Shown piece after piece: positions 60,478-64,000 of a stretch of DNA of 64,000 nt. Positions within the stretch are counted from its first letter, which is position 1. Every line of letters starts with the position of its first letter. The DNA is from Chloroflexota bacterium. GTDB taxonomy: Bacteria > Chloroflexota > UBA11872 > VXOZ01. The translations under genes and the position numbers were made by a program. The DNA is taken from assembly GCA_964291655.2 (NCBI GenBank), contig OZ219802.1, positions 1,440,001 through 1,504,000 of the forward strand, written 5' to 3'. The notes below the pieces were generated by a model that saw only the letters and a list, made by a program, of their open reading frames with translations, made no database searches and was not told the DNA's origin.

Positions 60478-61083
60478 CTAACGTCCGCGCCTCTTTCTCC
60501 CGCTTCCCGCGCCATCGCCGGCAGCGGCTGTGGCGCCAACGAGCAACAATACCGCAATTAGCAGGAACGCGCCGAGCGCCATCACGGGGATGGAAACGAA
60601 CCCAAACTCGCGCAACCACATAACGTTGCAGGGCGCATCCGCGCTGCAGCTTGTCGACTGTTGCAGACTGGGCACACGCTGCAAAAGCGCATGATAGAAG
60701 GCAAGACCCGCGCCGATACCTGCCAACGGCAGCGCATACCAGCGCACGTCGCGATCGTCGCGGATCGCGCTGATACCAAGGACCACTACCAAGGGATACA
60801 TAGCGATGCGTTGCAGCCAACAGAGCGTGCACGGCGGATAGTGAGCAATCTCAGAGAGGTAGAGACTGCCCAGGGTTGCGACAAGCGCCGCCACCCATGC
60901 CAGACCAAGCGCAGAGTCCCGGCCGTGCGCCCAGACGCGTTCCAGCAGGGTCGTGCGTGCGGGAACTGCGGCTGACACTACACGCTGCCACACTCCTGCG
61001 ACTATGATTACGGGTATCGCCCCGAATGCGATCAGGGTGAGCGTTGCAAGGGCTTGAGGCACGGACCACATAGGGAACGTCAC
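60478..61083 (-). CDS. Disulfide bond formation protein, DsbB/BdbC family
   Basis: GSLYLSE..PCTLCWLQRI.MYP, second Cys pair, SIP. Confidence 0.88.
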   Translation of the reverse strand: MTFPMWSVPQALATLTLIAFGAIPVIIVAGVWQRVVSAAVPARTTLLERVWAHGRDSALGLAWVAALVATLGSLYLSEIAHYPPCTLCWLQRIAMYPLVVVLGISAIRDDRDVRWYALPLAGIGAGLAFYHALLQRVPSLQQSTSCSADAPCNVMWLREFGFVSIPVMALGAFLLIAVLLLVGATAAAGDGAGSGRKRRGR

Positions 61084-61174
61084 TCCCCAATTATCCTGAA
61101 GAGTACCGAATTAGCAATCGTACACCGCTGTCTGCGGCGCTAAATCCATTGGATATCCAGACTCACGCGCGCTG

Positions 61175-62404
61175 TCAGGTCGCCGCAGTGGCTCGCTGCT
61201 CGACGGCATTGTACGTAAAGCGGCCTACCGGCGGCAGTGGATCACCGATCAGCGGCCGGGCATACGCGTGGAATGCTTCAGTCGGCATATTACCTTCCCT
61301 GTTCATGAAGGCCCGCGGCATGAGATTCTCGGCGTTGGCCACAGCTCCCAATGGCGCCGTACCGGTCGTGGACTGGTAGGGGTCGTCGCCGGTTCGTTCC
61401 AAAGTGATCATGACGCCGCCGGCACCGCCCACGGCTTCCCGCACGGCCGCTTGCCCGACCATATAGGCCTCCTCACGGTCTACCGCGGAGCAGGTGACCA
61501 TAGACGACCGCTGCAAGGTGCCTGGACGGTTCGCCCGCGCTTTGATACCCAACCGTTCGCGCACCTGCCGTGCCAGGTAGTTGCCACATCCGGCGACTAT
61601 GATATGACCGAAGGAATCGGAGTTCACGGTAGCCTCCGAGAGTCCGACAATGTCGCCATCCGCCGTGGTGAGCATCTCGGCAACCGCCACCGTGCAAAAG
61701 CCGAATTCGACGAAACTCCGGGAAACATCATCCAGAAAGCGGTCTTCGCTGAACGGTATCTCCGGCACATACACGAGATGCGGCGGGTCGATTGGGCTCT
61801 CTTTGCCCAAGCAACTCGCGGCAGTGAGCCAACCCGCATGACGGCCCATGCTCTCGTAAATCGCAACTCTGTCGTATCCCGCCATTGCTTCCACGTCTCG
61901 GCCCATGTCGCGCACCGACAAGGCGCAGAAACGGGCGGCGCTGCCGTAGCCGGGGCAGTGGTCGGTGTACATGAGGTCGTTGTCTATAGTCTTCGGGACG
62001 CCAATCACGCGCAATTCATAGCCCTCACGCTCCGCCAGATCGGCGATACGCTGGCTGGTGTCCATGGAGTCGTTGCCGCCGTTATAGAGAAAATACCTGA
62101 TGTTCTGGGCGCGAAAGACCTCAAGGATGCGCACGTAGTCGTCCGGCCGCAATTTGCGGCGGCAGGACCCCAAGGCGGCCGCCGGCGTACGCTTGATGCG
62201 CTCCAGCAATTCATCACTTGCCCCCCCTAAGTCCATCAAGTCTTCCTTGAGCAGGCCTTCTACGCCATGCCGCAAGCCGTAGACGTTTTCTATTGCGGAA
62301 TGTTTGCTCGCCTCGTGCAATACGCCCACGAGCGATGCATTGATAACCGCGGTAGGACCACCTGATTGGCCGACCGCCAAATTGCCGCGCAGAGTGTCAG
62401 GCAT
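61175..62404 (-). CDS. pfp: Phosphofructokinase, PPi-type signature
   Basis: QSGGPT, GGNDS, PKTIDND, MGR. Confidence 0.85.
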   Translation of the reverse strand: MPDTLRGNLAVGQSGGPTAVINASLVGVLHEASKHSAIENVYGLRHGVEGLLKEDLMDLGGASDELLERIKRTPAAALGSCRRKLRPDDYVRILEVFRAQNIRYFLYNGGNDSMDTSQRIADLAEREGYELRVIGVPKTIDNDLMYTDHCPGYGSAARFCALSVRDMGRDVEAMAGYDRVAIYESMGRHAGWLTAASCLGKESPIDPPHLVYVPEIPFSEDRFLDDVSRSFVEFGFCTVAVAEMLTTADGDIVGLSEATVNSDSFGHIIVAGCGNYLARQVRERLGIKARANRPGTLQRSSMVTCSAVDREEAYMVGQAAVREAVGGAGGVMITLERTGDDPYQSTTGTAPLGAVANAENLMPRAFMNREGNMPTEAFHAYARPLIGDPLPPVGRFTYNAVEQRATAAT

Positions 62405-62428
62405 AAGAGGTTTCCGCTCCTCTCGCTC

Positions 62429-63469
62429 TTAGGAAAGTGCGTATTGTGTCAGTATGTCAATGCCCTGGTCTTGGTAGCGGGGAAGTCTTCCCAGTGCTTC
62501 GTCAGGGCCGATGCCGTGATGAATGATCTCGCTTATTACCGAGCCAACTGCCAATGGGTCGTCCTGACCCGGATAGAGCACGTTGCGTCCTACCATGGCC
62601 CCGCGTACATTGGGCCCCCCGCCCATGCCACGGGCGAATTCACGTATAGTCGGCTCGGGATTGTCGTGGGACGCCCCGCCCAACATCAGGAGCGGCATGG
62701 TCGTGGCTCGTACCACTCGCTCGTAGCCCTCGCACACGGGAATCTTCAACCAGGTGCGGGCGGTATTGCCGCCCAGACCGGAGAGCACACCGATCTGCTT
62801 GAGCAATTCGATGGGGTCCTTGACCGGTTGGTAGCCGTTTTCGGTGCGTTTGACCGGCAGTGGTTCCAAGAAACTCGGCAGGCCCATCGCGCTGAGTTCG
62901 CTCACCGCCTCCGCAATGTACATGAGCGTCTTGCCGGAACCCGGCTCATTGGGATCGAGTCGCCACAGCACCTTGGCGCCGTCCAGGTTCGCCTCGGCGA
63001 TACCGTCAGCCGTATAGGCGGTCATGTCGTCGTCCATTTCGAACGTCGTCCCGGCCAGGCCGGAGCGGTTCATGGAACCCAACAAGACCTTGCCGTCCAA
63101 GAAGCCCGGGCCGCCGCCTTGCTTGACCAGGTGGTTGACGATAAAGACGTCGTCCAGAACGTCGGGTGTTGCCATCAGGCCATCGATGAGACCCCCCACC
63201 AGCGCTCGCAACACACGACCCAGGTAGGCGTGCCGGTTCGTCATGCCCAGCGGGTCGGAGGGCGTGGCAGTAGACATGCGCGCCGGATGGTCCGCCGCCA
63301 AGATAACGAGCTTACCATCAGGGGCGAGGTGCGTGCGCCGCTTGCGCGAGCGCTGCTCCAGCGCCACGATCTCCGGCTTATCCACCCGCACGTCGGTAAT
63401 GCGCCAGAAGACTTCTTCCGGAAAGAACCGGTCGAGATCAAATGCGTAAGCGCCCGCAGTTTCTGCCAT
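62429..63469 (-). CDS. Class I aldolase-like TIM barrel (Cgl0159-like)
   Basis: LAADHPAR, GSMNRSGL, WLKIP, LGG, VGRN. Confidence 0.8.
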   Translation of the reverse strand: MAETAGAYAFDLDRFFPEEVFWRITDVRVDKPEIVALEQRSRKRRTHLAPDGKLVILAADHPARMSTATPSDPLGMTNRHAYLGRVLRALVGGLIDGLMATPDVLDDVFIVNHLVKQGGGPGFLDGKVLLGSMNRSGLAGTTFEMDDDMTAYTADGIAEANLDGAKVLWRLDPNEPGSGKTLMYIAEAVSELSAMGLPSFLEPLPVKRTENGYQPVKDPIELLKQIGVLSGLGGNTARTWLKIPVCEGYERVVRATTMPLLMLGGASHDNPEPTIREFARGMGGGPNVRGAMVGRNVLYPGQDDPLAVGSVISEIIHHGIGPDEALGRLPRYQDQGIDILTQYALS

Positions 63470-63604
63470 CTATGCGTCTCCCGGTGTAGTCACGCGCGTC
63501 ATAGTTTGTGTGCCAACAACCAATTATAGCTTACATCTTTGTACTTTACTTGCACGGCCTAATTAGTAGACTTAGCCTTGACGCATTCGCCTGCCAGGAA
63601 TCAT

Positions 63605-63702
63605 GTCATTCCGAGCGCAGCGAGGAGTTTAAACAACTCACGATTCTAGATTCTTCGTCGCGGAGTGTATCCTGAGCCTGCCGAAGGGCTCCTCAGAATG
63701 AC
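63605..63702. repeat. Family E REP doublet, second copy carrying a family F cassette
   Basis: ctagattcttcgtcgc[ggagtgtatcctgagcctgccgaaggg]ctcctcagaatgac. Confidence 0.75.
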
Positions 63703-64000
63703 AGGTTGAACTGCTGGCTTAGGGCTGGGTGCGACTACGTGTCTTGCACGTGACCAATCTAAACCCAAAACTACCAATTCCGCTTGCATGGCTAACGATC
63801 ACACACTACTTAACTCTTTCGCCAACAAGGTCTCACATGTCCGATCGCCTGTCTCCGTAGAGTTTACACATTGACACACGCATTGGCGCTATCGAGTTCT
63901 TGGGGAAGCAGCGTCCTACCCTTGGCCGATAATCCGTTGCAGTAACACAACTAGGTTACAATATTGGAAGTCGGTGGGAAGTGCAAGACAGCAAGAGGAA

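Overview
A GC-rich bacterial window. Gene content suggests Chloroflexota (an inference, not established from the sequence). Core genes are lipA, purA, a PPi-type pfk, thiG-thiE-thiS-thiO and a divergent pyrE. Accessory genes include six Gfo/Idh/MocA oxidoreductases, two orphan Tat-lipoprotein solute-binding proteins, a form II coxS-L-M cluster with coxG, a cytochrome P460-family lipoprotein opposite a Crp/Fnr regulator, two HtrA proteases and two toxin-antitoxin pairs. The most striking signal is non-coding. At least seven families of REP-like palindromes are present, and several copies act as landing pads. An IS1182, an IS481 and a 254-bp TGT..ACA MITE each sit inside a REP. In addition, 23-24-nt palindromic micro-cassettes are inserted into other REPs up to three levels deep, repeatedly at an AG^G site, and removing them restores intact REPs. 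One REP lies in-frame inside the DUF2851 gene. Other notable items are a TPP-riboswitch-like leader with four tandem 18-nt P5 copies, a ThiS with a 39-aa tail after its Gly-Gly, a candidate attenuator ahead of a methyltransferase, a sensor kinase lacking the phospho-His, and a toxin with an early nonsense codon. No CRISPR array, tRNA or rRNA was seen.
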